Part shown: positions 25,656-35,639 of the stretch, in pieces
Layout of the letters: each line of letters starts with the position of its first letter
How positions within the stretch are numbered: the first letter of the stretch is position 1
IMG/VR virus record: IMGVR_UViG_3300046616_000314
Location: 124,001 to 188,000 of that record
Direction: 5' to 3' (one strand)
Length of the DNA: 64,000 bases
Position numbers and translations under genes: made by a program
The notes under the pieces: generated by a model
What the model was told of the DNA's origin: nothing
Database searches by the model: none
What the model saw: only the letters and a program-made list of their open reading frames with translations

Positions 25656-26282
25656 TTGATTCTTTGTTGGAGATACGTCTTGGAAGATTACAATGAATGG
25701 TTCCAGTGGGCGGTGACGCAGAAAGTGCATCCCGACGTGCTGGGCTATATCCAAGTCTTCAAGAACGAATTGTCGCTGTATGACGACGGTCGTAACACGA
25801 TCACGCCGAGGGCGTGGGTTCGTATCTCGGACATGCTTTACGCCAACACCGAGGAAGACATTCTGAGAGCCGCTATGCGAGTCATCGGCGGCGCCGATGC
25901 CCAAAGCCTTGACCGGTTTCTCTACTATCGGACCATCTTGACTGGTATCTCGCCGGTTGATTCCATTCTGTCGGGAAATGCCACGGTCGAGACGGCGAAG
26001 ACTACGACCGAGCGAATGGCTGCGATTACCATGGCGTACTCTTCGTCTGTGGCGGCGTGCTATGAACTTGCTGCGCGTGCCGAACAAGGTGTTACCGACG
26101 AATGGTATCAAGCCGCTGATAATTTCATTCAGTATTTGGTGACGACCGAAGTCGTTGAACTTCAGGTTGATATTTTGAAGCAAGCTATCGTCGTGTACAA
26201 ACTCCCGTTTTCCACGGCTAAGATGCCAGTGTTTGCCAAATACACCAAAGATATGCGTCGTATGGTTTTGGAGGATTGTTAA
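25656..26282 (+). CDS. stand-alone C-terminal part of a MoxR-like AAA+ ATPase
   Basis: EW.QWA...HP.V..YI and TPRAW sensor motif, no Walker A/B; real start likely TTG ~25680 after GGAG. Confidence 0.5.
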   Translation: MILCWRYVLEDYNEWFQWAVTQKVHPDVLGYIQVFKNELSLYDDGRNTITPRAWVRISDMLYANTEEDILRAAMRVIGGADAQSLDRFLYYRTILTGISPVDSILSGNATVETAKTTTERMAAITMAYSSSVAACYELAARAEQGVTDEWYQAADNFIQYLVTTEVVELQVDILKQAIVVYKLPFSTAKMPVFAKYTKDMRRMVLEDC

Positions 26283-26752
26283 TGATCGATATCGTCACCG
26301 AAATGCGTCGCTGCTATGAGCAATTCCAAGGTCAGCGGACGCTCGAAAATTTCGATATGTTCGAAAGCCTCGCGGAGAACTTTAGCGTGATCGCCGAACA
26401 CGCGGCACGTGAAGCCATGGATGGGCGGATGCGTAGCGTCAGCGTTTCGAAGGCTTCGGTCCAACCTCTGACCACCGACAAGGAATATGGCAAGGGCGTC
26501 AATGTCCACTATTCGGTGGATGCCAAGTACGGCTTCCTGCTGTCGGACCCCTACACCTATCAAGCCGGGGCGATGGGTCCGATGTTCAGGAGCTTCACGG
26601 ACATCCTGCGCAAGCGGATGGAAGCTCTGTACGGCAAGTACGCGAAGGTGTATGTTCAACACAATTACGGCGGGCGCAAGAAGAACTTCACTTTCTTGGT
26701 GACGGTGAAGTGCTACCCGTCGATGTATTCGCGCGAAGAGGAAGCCGCCTGA
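26282..26752 (+). CDS. hypothetical protein
   Basis: Coupled ORF. Confidence 0.6.
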   Translation: MIDIVTEMRRCYEQFQGQRTLENFDMFESLAENFSVIAEHAAREAMDGRMRSVSVSKASVQPLTTDKEYGKGVNVHYSVDAKYGFLLSDPYTYQAGAMGPMFRSFTDILRKRMEALYGKYAKVYVQHNYGGRKKNFTFLVTVKCYPSMYSREEEAA

Positions 26753-27510
26753 TGAACGACCCCGTTCAATTCGAACGCGACTATAATACCGCTGTTGATC
26801 TTCAGCGGTATCGCGAAAGCATCATGCACGGCATCTATTCGGCTATTCAGACGAGCCTTGGTGTCGCGTTCGCAACGAACGATATTTCGAAGCTGCTGTA
26901 TCGTTATCTTGAACCGCACAAGACTCAAGAAGGCACGATTCGCATTCGCGAATTCCATGTCCCGGTCAAGGTGATCACCGATGCCTGTGACTATCTGGGC
27001 ATGGATTTGAACGTTCCTCAATCGCGTCAAGACTATGAAAACGCTAGTGAAGTTCTAGAAAAGGTTATGGTGTGCGGTAAGTCGAATGCCGAATTGGCGG
27101 CTTTCCCCGGCTACTACCAACCGAAGATCATCGATCCGGCTGAATATGAAATCCGTGCGCTGTCGATGGCAATGCATACGACCGTTGTCCGAATCAACAT
27201 CGAAGAAAAAGAAACCGAAGACTTTCCGATTCGTGTCCCGAAGGTTCTTCGGAAGCTGTACGATGCTTTCCTGATCCATCCCGACGTGATCGAGTACGGC
27301 AACCAGTATCGGATTTATAATAAAGCTCGCAAGCGCGACATTTATTATTTCCGCAACAATCCCGCCGTCGATGCTTTCTCGGAAGAATTGATCGCGTTGA
27401 TCAAGTCCAAGCAAGATGCGGAAACTGAAGCGAAGACCAATGCCGAACGCATTAAGCGTCAAGAAACTTACTTGATGCTGAAGGCAGAATTCGAGCCCGA
27501 AACCCTCTAG
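26752..27510 (+). CDS. hypothetical protein
   Basis: TGATG-coupled ORF. Confidence 0.65.
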   Translation: MNDPVQFERDYNTAVDLQRYRESIMHGIYSAIQTSLGVAFATNDISKLLYRYLEPHKTQEGTIRIREFHVPVKVITDACDYLGMDLNVPQSRQDYENASEVLEKVMVCGKSNAELAAFPGYYQPKIIDPAEYEIRALSMAMHTTVVRINIEEKETEDFPIRVPKVLRKLYDAFLIHPDVIEYGNQYRIYNKARKRDIYYFRNNPAVDAFSEELIALIKSKQDAETEAKTNAERIKRQETYLMLKAEFEPETL

Positions 27511-27519
27511 GAGATAATC

Positions 27520-27840
27520 ATGTCCGATTCGCCTGCTTATCGCCTGGGATTCTTTGGGCTCTGCGTCGAAGACAACCACAACAAGGTGTGGGGTTGGATT
27601 GTATCAACGAGCGGAAATCGTTATTACATTTTTTGGGGCAAGGCTGGCGCCAAGAAACTAAGTATGGCGGAACGCAACGTTGGGCAAATTAATAACCTAG
27701 TGCGCGAGAAACAATCGCTAGGTCGTAAGAACGGAACCTACGTCGCGGTTCATAAAGACCATGTTGAGCAAGCCTATCCCAATTTCTGGGAACAGCTTGA
27801 AGAACAATTCTGCTTCATGAGGCTGAAGGCTAAGATTTAG
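27520..27840 (+). CDS. WGR-domain-like protein
   Basis: HNKVWG...YYIFWGK...K..Y pattern; AGGAG RBS. Confidence 0.55.
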   Translation: MSDSPAYRLGFFGLCVEDNHNKVWGWIVSTSGNRYYIFWGKAGAKKLSMAERNVGQINNLVREKQSLGRKNGTYVAVHKDHVEQAYPNFWEQLEEQFCFMRLKAKI

Positions 27841-30217
27841 TCCGCGAGAGATTGGTCTTCAGAGCCGTAGGCAAACGCAGTTCCAATTCAGCGATAACAT
27901 CCTTGAGAGCTTGGCGTTGCGTATTGGATAGGTTCGGAGCAATGTTCAAGATTTTTTGACGAGCCGCCGAACTATCTAGATAGCTAGATTCGGTTGTCAT
28001 CATTTCCTTGAATTCATTACCTTCCATTACGCCATAGTACCAAACGGTCGATGACCATGCTGGCTTGATAGCAGCATGGAAGACCTGTAGCCCGGCATAA
28101 TGACCCATGGGCGTAGCGACTTCACTGATAGTTTTTCCGGTCTTGTGCGTGCTCTCGTTTCGGATAAGCCCAAATACCTCAAGGTCACTCGTTTGGAGAT
28201 TGCTCCCTAGTTTCAATTTGTGTTGCTTTACGAATTTAAGCAAATCAAAATTGCCTGCTTCTAACGCATCTTCAAGACGACGTTCAGCGGCGTCATGATA
28301 TGATGATGACTTGAAACGATTCTTTTGAGTTTTGAATCGTTGATAACGACTTACTGTACCGCTGACCGAAGTGATTTCATCTTTGTCATTCACAATGACA
28401 AGCCACGCCAGATCACTCCAACGCTCGATTTTACCAACGCGGTCTGGGGCTTCGCCATTTAGTGCGAGCGTTATATAATACGACTTTGGAGCATCCTCGC
28501 CAGGGCTAGGAATTTTCCAAATTGGATCGTTGCCAAGTTTGCCGAGGCTTTCGCTAAACTCTTGGAAGGGCTTCCACTCGCCATTGACGAAAGTGACACC
28601 TAGTGTTTCTGGCATATGAACAGCCCAACTTTCACAGAAGAAATGTTGATCATTAAAATAATCAGCGATTTCTTTTGCATATTTTGTGAACAATGCGGGG
28701 TCGCCGTTTGGCTTTTTCATTGCCGAAATCTTATTGTTATTGACTTCGGTCAGAGGCATAGTCTCGCCATCGATGGTGATAGAAACGGCATCACCTTCGC
28801 GCTGAATGGAAATATCTCCATACTGTTTAGCAAACGACTCACCCTTGGATGCAACAGAGATACCTAGATAATTAGCGATCTCTTCCATGTTCATGCGACC
28901 ATTGCCGCGAACGCGCTTGTCGGTTGATGCCTTCTTGAAAATGTTTTGAACTTGATCGACTTGGACCGGGCGAGCGCGTTGCTTCGACCAGAATTCATCC
29001 ATGAAAGCAAACACTTTATCCATGTAGCTTTTCTTGGTGTTGAAGCTGAACGTTTTCTCGTTGGCGGCTTCCAACGACTTGACCAACAGTTGCGCGGTTT
29101 TCTGAGACATTTCCTCAGTGAACGGTAGCTTGAAGCGATCAGCGATAGCTTTGATACGCTCAATTTTTTGAGCCAGCTTCGGACCATATTCTTTTTCGTA
29201 GCTGTATTCGTCGCCACGATGCGGCTCCACATTTTTGAAACGCTCTGCCATATCGGCGGCGATTTCAGTGAATGAAGCCGTATTGTCGTACTGAACTTTG
29301 ATCGGCTTGAAGCCTGGACCTTGAAGCGTGACCGCCATCTTTGAAGCCGTGGATTCAGTATTTTCGCGATGCTTGCGCATGAACGAGTAATCCTTGTCTA
29401 GGATAACGACGATCTTGCGCTTAGCAGCGGTGTAATAAGTTGTCTCGTGTTCGCCACCAACCGCATTCGAAGACACGAGGCGGTCGCCAATAGCTTTGGC
29501 GATCATGGCGGGGAGGCGTTGTAGTTGTTCGGTGTGATCAGCCGAGCCGATCTCAGCTTGCGTTGCCGCGCGATTTCGTAGTTCAAATACGTCGATCACC
29601 TTGAAAGCAGAACGCTTCATGAAGACAATTTGTTCGGGTTCGGCGCGATAGATAATAGCTTCATGTTCTGATCGCGATTTGTCCTCTAGCGCATCGATTC
29701 CTGCTTTCAGGAAGAACGCCGTTTGGGTCGCGTTGTCGTGTTTAACCTTTTGACCGACCTGGGTATAGGACTGCACAACGGCAAAGAACGCTTTTGCGAT
29801 GATATTGCCTTGTTGGAACTGACCCACACGTTGGATCATGTTCATTTTTTTCTCAGGATCGGCAATGCCCATCTTGGTCAGAATCGAGATAGCGGTGTCT
29901 TTGGTCAGGTCGTTGAGAACGAGCTTATGAGCCGACGTGTCTTGGATGACGCGCAGATAGCGGGTCTGTTGTCCGTACTGAATGTCGGCGGGGTGATTAA
30001 GAACGTATTCCAGCGGATAGGCGTACAAGCCCGCCGGGTCCGAGTGATTGGGAACCGGAGAGAAATTACGATCCAGAGTGTTACCGGCGTGATCGCCAAA
30101 ATTCACATATAAATCTTGGCGATGAGCCAAGGGCATATACTTCTTGCGGAAAGCTTCGAACGTCTTCGGAAAGAAGTCCGCAGCGTGAATTTCATTGAGG
30201 ATTTCGTATGCGCGCAT
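27830..30217 (-). CDS. large late protein with PxGLYAYPL domain, candidate capsid-packaged protein
   Basis: 795 aa; MRAYEILNE leader; N-domain paralogous to 60714-62093; AATAAATA 4 nt upstream. Confidence 0.7.
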   Translation of the reverse strand: MRAYEILNEIHAADFFPKTFEAFRKKYMPLAHRQDLYVNFGDHAGNTLDRNFSPVPNHSDPAGLYAYPLEYVLNHPADIQYGQQTRYLRVIQDTSAHKLVLNDLTKDTAISILTKMGIADPEKKMNMIQRVGQFQQGNIIAKAFFAVVQSYTQVGQKVKHDNATQTAFFLKAGIDALEDKSRSEHEAIIYRAEPEQIVFMKRSAFKVIDVFELRNRAATQAEIGSADHTEQLQRLPAMIAKAIGDRLVSSNAVGGEHETTYYTAAKRKIVVILDKDYSFMRKHRENTESTASKMAVTLQGPGFKPIKVQYDNTASFTEIAADMAERFKNVEPHRGDEYSYEKEYGPKLAQKIERIKAIADRFKLPFTEEMSQKTAQLLVKSLEAANEKTFSFNTKKSYMDKVFAFMDEFWSKQRARPVQVDQVQNIFKKASTDKRVRGNGRMNMEEIANYLGISVASKGESFAKQYGDISIQREGDAVSITIDGETMPLTEVNNNKISAMKKPNGDPALFTKYAKEIADYFNDQHFFCESWAVHMPETLGVTFVNGEWKPFQEFSESLGKLGNDPIWKIPSPGEDAPKSYYITLALNGEAPDRVGKIERWSDLAWLVIVNDKDEITSVSGTVSRYQRFKTQKNRFKSSSYHDAAERRLEDALEAGNFDLLKFVKQHKLKLGSNLQTSDLEVFGLIRNESTHKTGKTISEVATPMGHYAGLQVFHAAIKPAWSSTVWYYGVMEGNEFKEMMTTESSYLDSSAARQKILNIAPNLSNTQRQALKDVIAELELRLPTALKTNLSRTKS

Positions 30218-30220
30218 TCT

Positions 30221-30481
30221 TTATTTATTGCACGCCAAGAAGACCATCATGGCTTCTTCTTCGGTATCGAACTGAATCCCGATTTGACTTTCTTTGTTCC
30301 GAACGGGCATCCATTTACCGAGGGTTTCGACTATAAGACCACTTACATATGACTTTTTGGGATATCCATAATTAGTCATGGCATGTTTGTAGACTTCCCA
30401 ATACTCCTTCGGAGGAACATTGGAGAATTCAGATGTTTGGGGGAAAAATATAGCGCGCGGGTTTTGTTTGGAAATATACAT
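30221..30481 (-). CDS. FxxEEDA-FKLKW family small protein
   Basis: QFDTEEEAMMVFL. Confidence 0.65.
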   Translation of the reverse strand: MYISKQNPRAIFFPQTSEFSNVPPKEYWEVYKHAMTNYGYPKKSYVSGLIVETLGKWMPVRNKESQIGIQFDTEEEAMMVFLACNK

Positions 30482-30798
30482 TACAGTTTTGGGTAAACTA
30501 CAGGTCCGAATTTCAGTACGAACAGTATAGCATCTTCTTCATCCCGAAAGCCAAAATCATTTATGTTGATGCACGACCGATATCGGCTCAACTCAGGATA
30601 GGGGATAGTACCACCCACAATTCGGTAGTTGTCGCCTTGGGCGTAACAAAATTCGTACATCGCATCACGCGCGGCGATGAATTGCGAGAACAAATCGTTT
30701 TGGTTAGAAACGATTGTATCGATCATGTAGGTAAAGCGGAAATGTGGGTCTATTTGGAAATTGGGTCGAGTTAGACGCCACATTTTTTTGTCAGACAT
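30481..30798 (-). CDS. FxxEEDA-FKLKW family small protein
   Basis: GFRDEEDAILFVLKF. Confidence 0.72.
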   Translation of the reverse strand: MSDKKMWRLTRPNFQIDPHFRFTYMIDTIVSNQNDLFSQFIAARDAMYEFCYAQGDNYRIVGGTIPYPELSRYRSCININDFGFRDEEDAILFVLKFGPVVYPKL

Positions 30799-31055
30799 TA
30801 GACACCGCTGTTGATAGCCACGAAAATGACCATATCAACTTCGTAGCGAAACATAAAGGCAATCCAGCCAGTTTCTTGGTGCGACCAACGTCCGCCGAAT
30901 TCGGCGCGACCGCTTTGACCGAAAGTCTTGCGGCAAAAAGCGGTCAGAGACTTGATCCGGTCGGAATCGAGCGCGTCAGTGGTTTCCACACGAAACGGGT
31001 ACACCGTGTCGCCGGAATTGTTCTTCACCACTTTCCATTCGATTGCTTTTTCCAT
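30798..31055 (-). CDS. FxxEEDA-FKLKW family small protein
   Basis: FC..TFG...GRW...MFRYEVDMVIF. Confidence 0.65.
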   Translation of the reverse strand: MEKAIEWKVVKNNSGDTVYPFRVETTDALDSDRIKSLTAFCRKTFGQSGRAEFGGRWSHQETGWIAFMFRYEVDMVIFVAINSGV

Positions 31056-31114
31056 GATCCTATTCTCTCACAGATGTTACTTATGTCAAGTAATATTAAA
31101 CAGCTAAATATCGT

Positions 31115-32191
31115 ATGCGCGCATTCGAACTGTTTGAAGAAAAGAAAACCCTCTACGTCTCTCGTAAGCTGAAGAACGGCGAGGCGTTAGTGAAATGGGC
31201 TAAGGATCAAGGCTTTACTGAATGCCTAGCCCCATCGGAAATGCATGTCACGATTGCATATTCCAAGAGCAAGATCGAATGGAGCGATATGACTTCAGCC
31301 GAGAAAGAGCTTACGGTCAAAAAGAAATCTGGCAAGCGTAAGATCAAATGTTTCGGGGAAGACAAAAACGCAGTCGTTTTGGTTTTCGATAGCGAGGAAC
31401 TTAAGGATCGCTGGAAAGAATTTAAAGATGAGCTAGGGGCATCCTGGGACTTCCCGACTTATCATGCTCACGTAACCATTACCTACAACGGTCTTCCCGA
31501 AGGTGTGAAGCTCAAAGACATTACGCCCTATGAGGGTCCTTTGGAATTTGGTCCCGAACGCAAGTCGGAGATCACCAAGGATTGGAAGGGTAAGACCAAG
31601 ACGAAGAAACTCACGGAATCATTTCGTCTGGCTGACGTAGATACCGAAGAACTGTACCAGACCTTCAAGAAATCCTATGAAGCCGAAACGGGCGCAAGCT
31701 GGTCTAAGGACAAGATGCTAGAGCGGGCGCGCAATTGGGAATTCTTCGGAGAACCTACAGGCTTCGTTGCGATTCGTCGGCAAGCCTCTGGGATGGTGAA
31801 ACTCGTTGCTACGGCAGGCGACTTCAAAGGCATCATGCGCGGCTTCTCAGAACTTCAGAACGAGGGTGGTCCGTTGTGGGGCGCCGTCTCTAATCAACTA
31901 GCGAGAATCGCCAAGAGCCGGGGTATGATCGTGCCTCACCTGATGCCGGGTGGTCCGACCTTCATTAAGCTGATGGTTCCCATGATCCCGGCAGCGGTGT
32001 TCGGTGGGTTCGAACCAAAGATCAATGACGATGGTGGCATGACATTTGAGTATGATGATGTAGGGGCAGCTACCAAGTATTTGATTGGTAACAAAGAATA
32101 TTTCAAAATGGCTATTGCCAATAACAATCTTTCATCGTATATTTCAAAGGTTCCTGGGTTGAAACAATTCCTAGCTTTGATTGGATTATGA
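31115..32191 (+). CDS. Acb1-like 2H phosphoesterase (anti-CBASS-like) fused to a second domain
   Basis: Two HxT motifs (MHVTIAYS, HAHVTITY) plus GASWDF and PYEGPLEFGPE; MRAFELFEE leader; GCTAAATA upstream. Confidence 0.75.
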   Translation: MRAFELFEEKKTLYVSRKLKNGEALVKWAKDQGFTECLAPSEMHVTIAYSKSKIEWSDMTSAEKELTVKKKSGKRKIKCFGEDKNAVVLVFDSEELKDRWKEFKDELGASWDFPTYHAHVTITYNGLPEGVKLKDITPYEGPLEFGPERKSEITKDWKGKTKTKKLTESFRLADVDTEELYQTFKKSYEAETGASWSKDKMLERARNWEFFGEPTGFVAIRRQASGMVKLVATAGDFKGIMRGFSELQNEGGPLWGAVSNQLARIAKSRGMIVPHLMPGGPTFIKLMVPMIPAAVFGGFEPKINDDGGMTFEYDDVGAATKYLIGNKEYFKMAIANNNLSSYISKVPGLKQFLALIGL

Positions 32192-32512
32192 TTGGAAAAC
32201 AAGCGCGAAACATTAGAGTATGTCTTTGATGTCCTTCATAGCAAACTCAAGATGCTGCGCGTTGGAATCACTTCCTACGAAGAAACTCTGATTTTCGACA
32301 ATCAGGAATTTCACTACAAACGTGAAGTAATTGTAAGCCACAAAGATCGAAGTCAATGGGTCTTCCACTACTATGTTCATAGGGATTGGAAAATCACTAT
32401 GAATTATATACTTGATGACGCTGACAGCAAAGAAAATTTCATGGTCCAGGGCAACACGGATGCCTTGACCGAACTGGCGGTAATGTGGCGCCTCAAGGGT
32501 CATCAGACTTGA
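32192..32512 (+). CDS. hypothetical protein, G..E.F.ED..KLKG family
   Basis: C-terminal GNTDALTELAVMWRLKG. Confidence 0.55.
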   Translation: MENKRETLEYVFDVLHSKLKMLRVGITSYEETLIFDNQEFHYKREVIVSHKDRSQWVFHYYVHRDWKITMNYILDDADSKENFMVQGNTDALTELAVMWRLKGHQT

Positions 32513-32536
32513 CGAAAATTTTCTAATCGTTATGGT
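32509..32536 (+). promoter_or_regulatory. sigma70-like promoter (TTGACGAAAAT motif, also at 34049 and 41050)
   Basis: TTGACG-N16-TATGGT; identical 11-mer at three gene ends. Confidence 0.5.
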
Positions 32537-32538
32537 CG

Positions 32539-32832
32539 ATGACCATGAATGATTTTGCTATCGCTTTTTTCGTAAATTGCAGATTCGCCACATTACAAAA
32601 TGATGGTGCAGGCAACTACCATGCCGATTTGGTTATTGGTGAAACTCCGGTGAAATATATTTTCACACCTTTGAGTGAGATTCAATCGCAACATAAGTAT
32701 TCTGCCAATGGCTGGGAATTTCAGTTTGTGACCGACATTCGTGGGAACGCGAAGATCGTCTCAAACAAGCTGTCGGGCGACCACGAACGTTTTTCCGATG
32801 ACATGGCTCTGTGGAAGCTGAAGTATGGTTGA
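32539..32832 (+). CDS. hypothetical protein, G..E.F.ED..KLKG family
   Basis: GDHERFSDDMALWKLKYG. Confidence 0.6.
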   Translation: MTMNDFAIAFFVNCRFATLQNDGAGNYHADLVIGETPVKYIFTPLSEIQSQHKYSANGWEFQFVTDIRGNAKIVSNKLSGDHERFSDDMALWKLKYG

Positions 32833-33253
32833 CCATAGGTATGTTGAAACATACAAATTATGGCGAACCCAATCATACGGTCTCGGGATCAGAAATTATG
32901 TAGATCGTGAATCCACCAAAGTCATGTGGAATGAAATCCACAAGATTAGAATTGGTAAGTGGTGGGATCGGTTTTGGCTAAAATTAGCCGGTGGAGAATT
33001 TGTTTGGTTGCGTGACTTTGATGAGCGCGCTTTTTTAGTCAAAGCTTATCGGCTAGAGGACGGATCGTTCCGAGCCACGCGATACGAAAGCAGCGAAACG
33101 TTCTACAATTTAGAACTTCTCCCCGATGGGTTAACCAAAGGGTGTAGATTTTCGTATAATTGGGTGTTTGAGAATCACGAAAAACAGGTTATGATGTTCC
33201 TTAAATATCGGGATTCATATCCTGACAAGGTTTTAGAGGTTTTTGAATTCTGA
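32825..33253 (+). CDS. hypothetical protein, VWLRD pair member 1
   Basis: FVWLRDFD...W..EN.E.Q..M. Confidence 0.62.
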   Translation: MVDHRYVETYKLWRTQSYGLGIRNYVDRESTKVMWNEIHKIRIGKWWDRFWLKLAGGEFVWLRDFDERAFLVKAYRLEDGSFRATRYESSETFYNLELLPDGLTKGCRFSYNWVFENHEKQVMMFLKYRDSYPDKVLEVFEF

Positions 33254-33597
33254 TGGCAAAGCAAGTTCTCACGTGGCTTCCGCCCAAGACGGCTCCGAAG
33301 TCGTTTCGTACTGATTTTATGCGCCTGATCGCAAAAATCGGTAAGGGTAAGCTGGTTTGGTTGCGCGATTGGGACGACCAAATCACCCTGACTGTCGCTC
33401 GCACTCGCAAGATGGGCGACGAAGTTGTTTTGTCGGCGCCTCGTTTTTGGCCCCTGGCTGCACCTTGCATTCTCAACGAGGACGGCACGGTCAATGGCAT
33501 TGAAATTGCTAAGCAATGGATCGCCGAAAACGAAGAAGACCAAACCCTGATGTACGTCAAGAATTCTGACGTTTATCGGAACATGGCGGATCGCTGA
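33253..33597 (+). CDS. hypothetical protein, VWLRD pair member 2
   Basis: LVWLRDWD...W..EN.E.Q..M. Confidence 0.62.
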   Translation: MAKQVLTWLPPKTAPKSFRTDFMRLIAKIGKGKLVWLRDWDDQITLTVARTRKMGDEVVLSAPRFWPLAAPCILNEDGTVNGIEIAKQWIAENEEDQTLMYVKNSDVYRNMADR

Positions 33598-34052
33598 TGG
33601 AAGTCACCGTAACCACGGCTGCTGGTGCAAAGCACTGGTTAGCTAAGCTTGATGCCGTAGTCGCTAATCATCAAATTTGGAGCGATTACAACAACGTCAA
33701 CGATTTGTTGACGTGGCGTCGCGGGTGGTGGGCTAAATTTCGCGGGCGCGAGAACAAGTTTCCGAAGCGTAAGCGTTACGGCGGTGCCATGTGGCAGCAA
33801 CGGCGACATGATCGTCTCACTGAGTTGCTGACAGAGCTTACCGACAACTCTGGCAATCCACAATATTTCGTGACTCTGAGTGAGTCCGAAAATCACAACA
33901 TCGGTGAGTGGGCGCGAAATTCGGATTATGCTGATTTCATGGCGGTCGTTGCCGAACACCCCGGTTTGTTGGAAGCCTGGGATGCGGCAATTGCTGCGAA
34001 AACGACCAAGCGTGCTTTCTGGGCATGGAAGGTTTATCCTCCGCTCGATTGA
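33597..34052 (+). CDS. hypothetical protein
   Basis: Coupled ORF. Confidence 0.6.
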   Translation: MEVTVTTAAGAKHWLAKLDAVVANHQIWSDYNNVNDLLTWRRGWWAKFRGRENKFPKRKRYGGAMWQQRRHDRLTELLTELTDNSGNPQYFVTLSESENHNIGEWARNSDYADFMAVVAEHPGLLEAWDAAIAAKTTKRAFWAWKVYPPLD

Positions 34053-34111
34053 CGAAAATAAATTGACCGCCTTCGTGGTTTCTGTCAGATTAACAGGCTA
34101 CGGAGGCGGTT

Positions 34112-34840
34112 ATGTATCGAGTCACAGACACCACAAATCTCAAGGCAGTCATGGGCTACATGACCGCTGATGAAGTTGCGACCGGTAAATTTCGACAAAA
34201 ATTGGTTGAATTTGCGACCAAGAGCAAAACGATTGTTCGTTGCTCGACATCACCGCTTACCTATACCATGGACGATGACGGTGTGATCACCGTGGCAGTT
34301 CACTTCAGTAAGGACGGCACAAAAACAAATGTGCTTACCTTCATCGTAGAACCTTGCACGCCGGATTTGCGAATCGAAAATCTGGTTCTACCAACCGATG
34401 ATGTCGTACGCTATAATTTGTCTCCTGAAATTAAATCTAAGGTGTTTTTTGCGACACCGGAGTACAAATCCAAAGCGGCGAAAAAAGCGGAAAAAGTAGA
34501 GCCAGAACCGGTGCTGACCAAGCGAGAAGCCTGGGAGAAGCACCGAAACGAGCGCAAGCAAAACGCCATGGCAGAATTTTCTGCCAAGTACAGCTACACC
34601 GAAGTTTCAACCAAGCTGCGCGAAGTGCTTCGCCATGCAGAATATGACTATGCGCTTCGGTTCTCGCGTTCGTCATCAAGCATTTACGTGATTGCTCAGA
34701 AAAAAGGCAAGGTCGTAAACATTCGGGTTTCCGACCACGGGAACAGCAAAAAGAACATGCATTATTCTGATATGTTCTTCGATCCCAAACAAATCGTTAA
34801 CGGCGAATTCGAAACTGCGATTAAAAGCTTGTCAAACTAA
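34112..34840 (+). CDS. hypothetical protein with C-terminal SxY...RVSDH module
   Basis: GGAGG RBS; SSSIYV...IRVSDH. Confidence 0.65.
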   Translation: MYRVTDTTNLKAVMGYMTADEVATGKFRQKLVEFATKSKTIVRCSTSPLTYTMDDDGVITVAVHFSKDGTKTNVLTFIVEPCTPDLRIENLVLPTDDVVRYNLSPEIKSKVFFATPEYKSKAAKKAEKVEPEPVLTKREAWEKHRNERKQNAMAEFSAKYSYTEVSTKLREVLRHAEYDYALRFSRSSSSIYVIAQKKGKVVNIRVSDHGNSKKNMHYSDMFFDPKQIVNGEFETAIKSLSN

Positions 34841-34888
34841 AATTTCGTGATAATATTCTTGAGACATTAAATGTTTTAGGAGTCTTTC

Positions 34889-35251
34889 GTGGATTTTGGT
34901 TTTCCTAGCAATCTCGCCAACCGCATTGAGGTTGCCTATTTCAACCTGACCTACATCATGGCTCGCATCAAGCAAGCTTCTACCGGCATCCATCTGAAGC
35001 CCGCCGTGGTTCTGAAGGAAGTCAAGAAGGCTCGTGCGGCTCTGGATCGGTTGGAAGCCGAAGCTCTGGTGGTGCAAGCTGAACAGCAAGCCTACGCCAA
35101 GGCTGTCGCGGATCAACGCAAGCGCGATGATCGTGATCGGGCTCGCGAGCAAGCTCGCAATGCCGCTCAAGCTGCGAAGCTGGACCAGTTCTCGCGCACC
35201 CCGGCTGGCGCCAACGTCATCGGCTTGGTTCCCAAGAGCAACGCCGCCTGA
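34889..35251 (+). CDS. coiled-coil hypothetical protein
   Basis: AGGAG RBS, Ala/Gln/Arg-rich helix. Confidence 0.65.
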   Translation: MDFGFPSNLANRIEVAYFNLTYIMARIKQASTGIHLKPAVVLKEVKKARAALDRLEAEALVVQAEQQAYAKAVADQRKRDDRDRAREQARNAAQAAKLDQFSRTPAGANVIGLVPKSNAA

Positions 35252-35363
35252 TGGAAGGCGTTTTTTACATCCTTGGGTTCATTCTGCTTTTGACTGGAAA
35301 TCCGGCTGGGATTATTTTTCTCATAATCGGATTCGCGTTCATGGATACGAAAAAGGGTCGCTG

Positions 35364-35639
35364 ATGCGGTACGTAATTTTTATTCTGTTTCTCTTCGTCG
35401 TGACGGCGTGCGTTGAACCCGCGCCCAATGCCGCGAAGGTGAATGAATACCCGTCATCTGTTACCTTCACCGAAGCTGCTGCGAACCAGCAACAAGCGGA
35501 AAGTGATGCAAAAATCACCGAATTTGAAGACGTGATAAAGAAATGCCACGAAGCCGATGGCATCTTTATTCAAGATGGGCACTATGGCGAAAACGTTTGC
35601 TTCCGCCGGGATGCCGTGATCTTCACTGAGCGGCACTAA
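35364..35639 (+). CDS. putative lipoprotein
   Basis: MRYVIFILFLFVVTAC lipobox-like signal. Confidence 0.6.
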   Translation: MRYVIFILFLFVVTACVEPAPNAAKVNEYPSSVTFTEAAANQQQAESDAKITEFEDVIKKCHEADGIFIQDGHYGENVCFRRDAVIFTERH

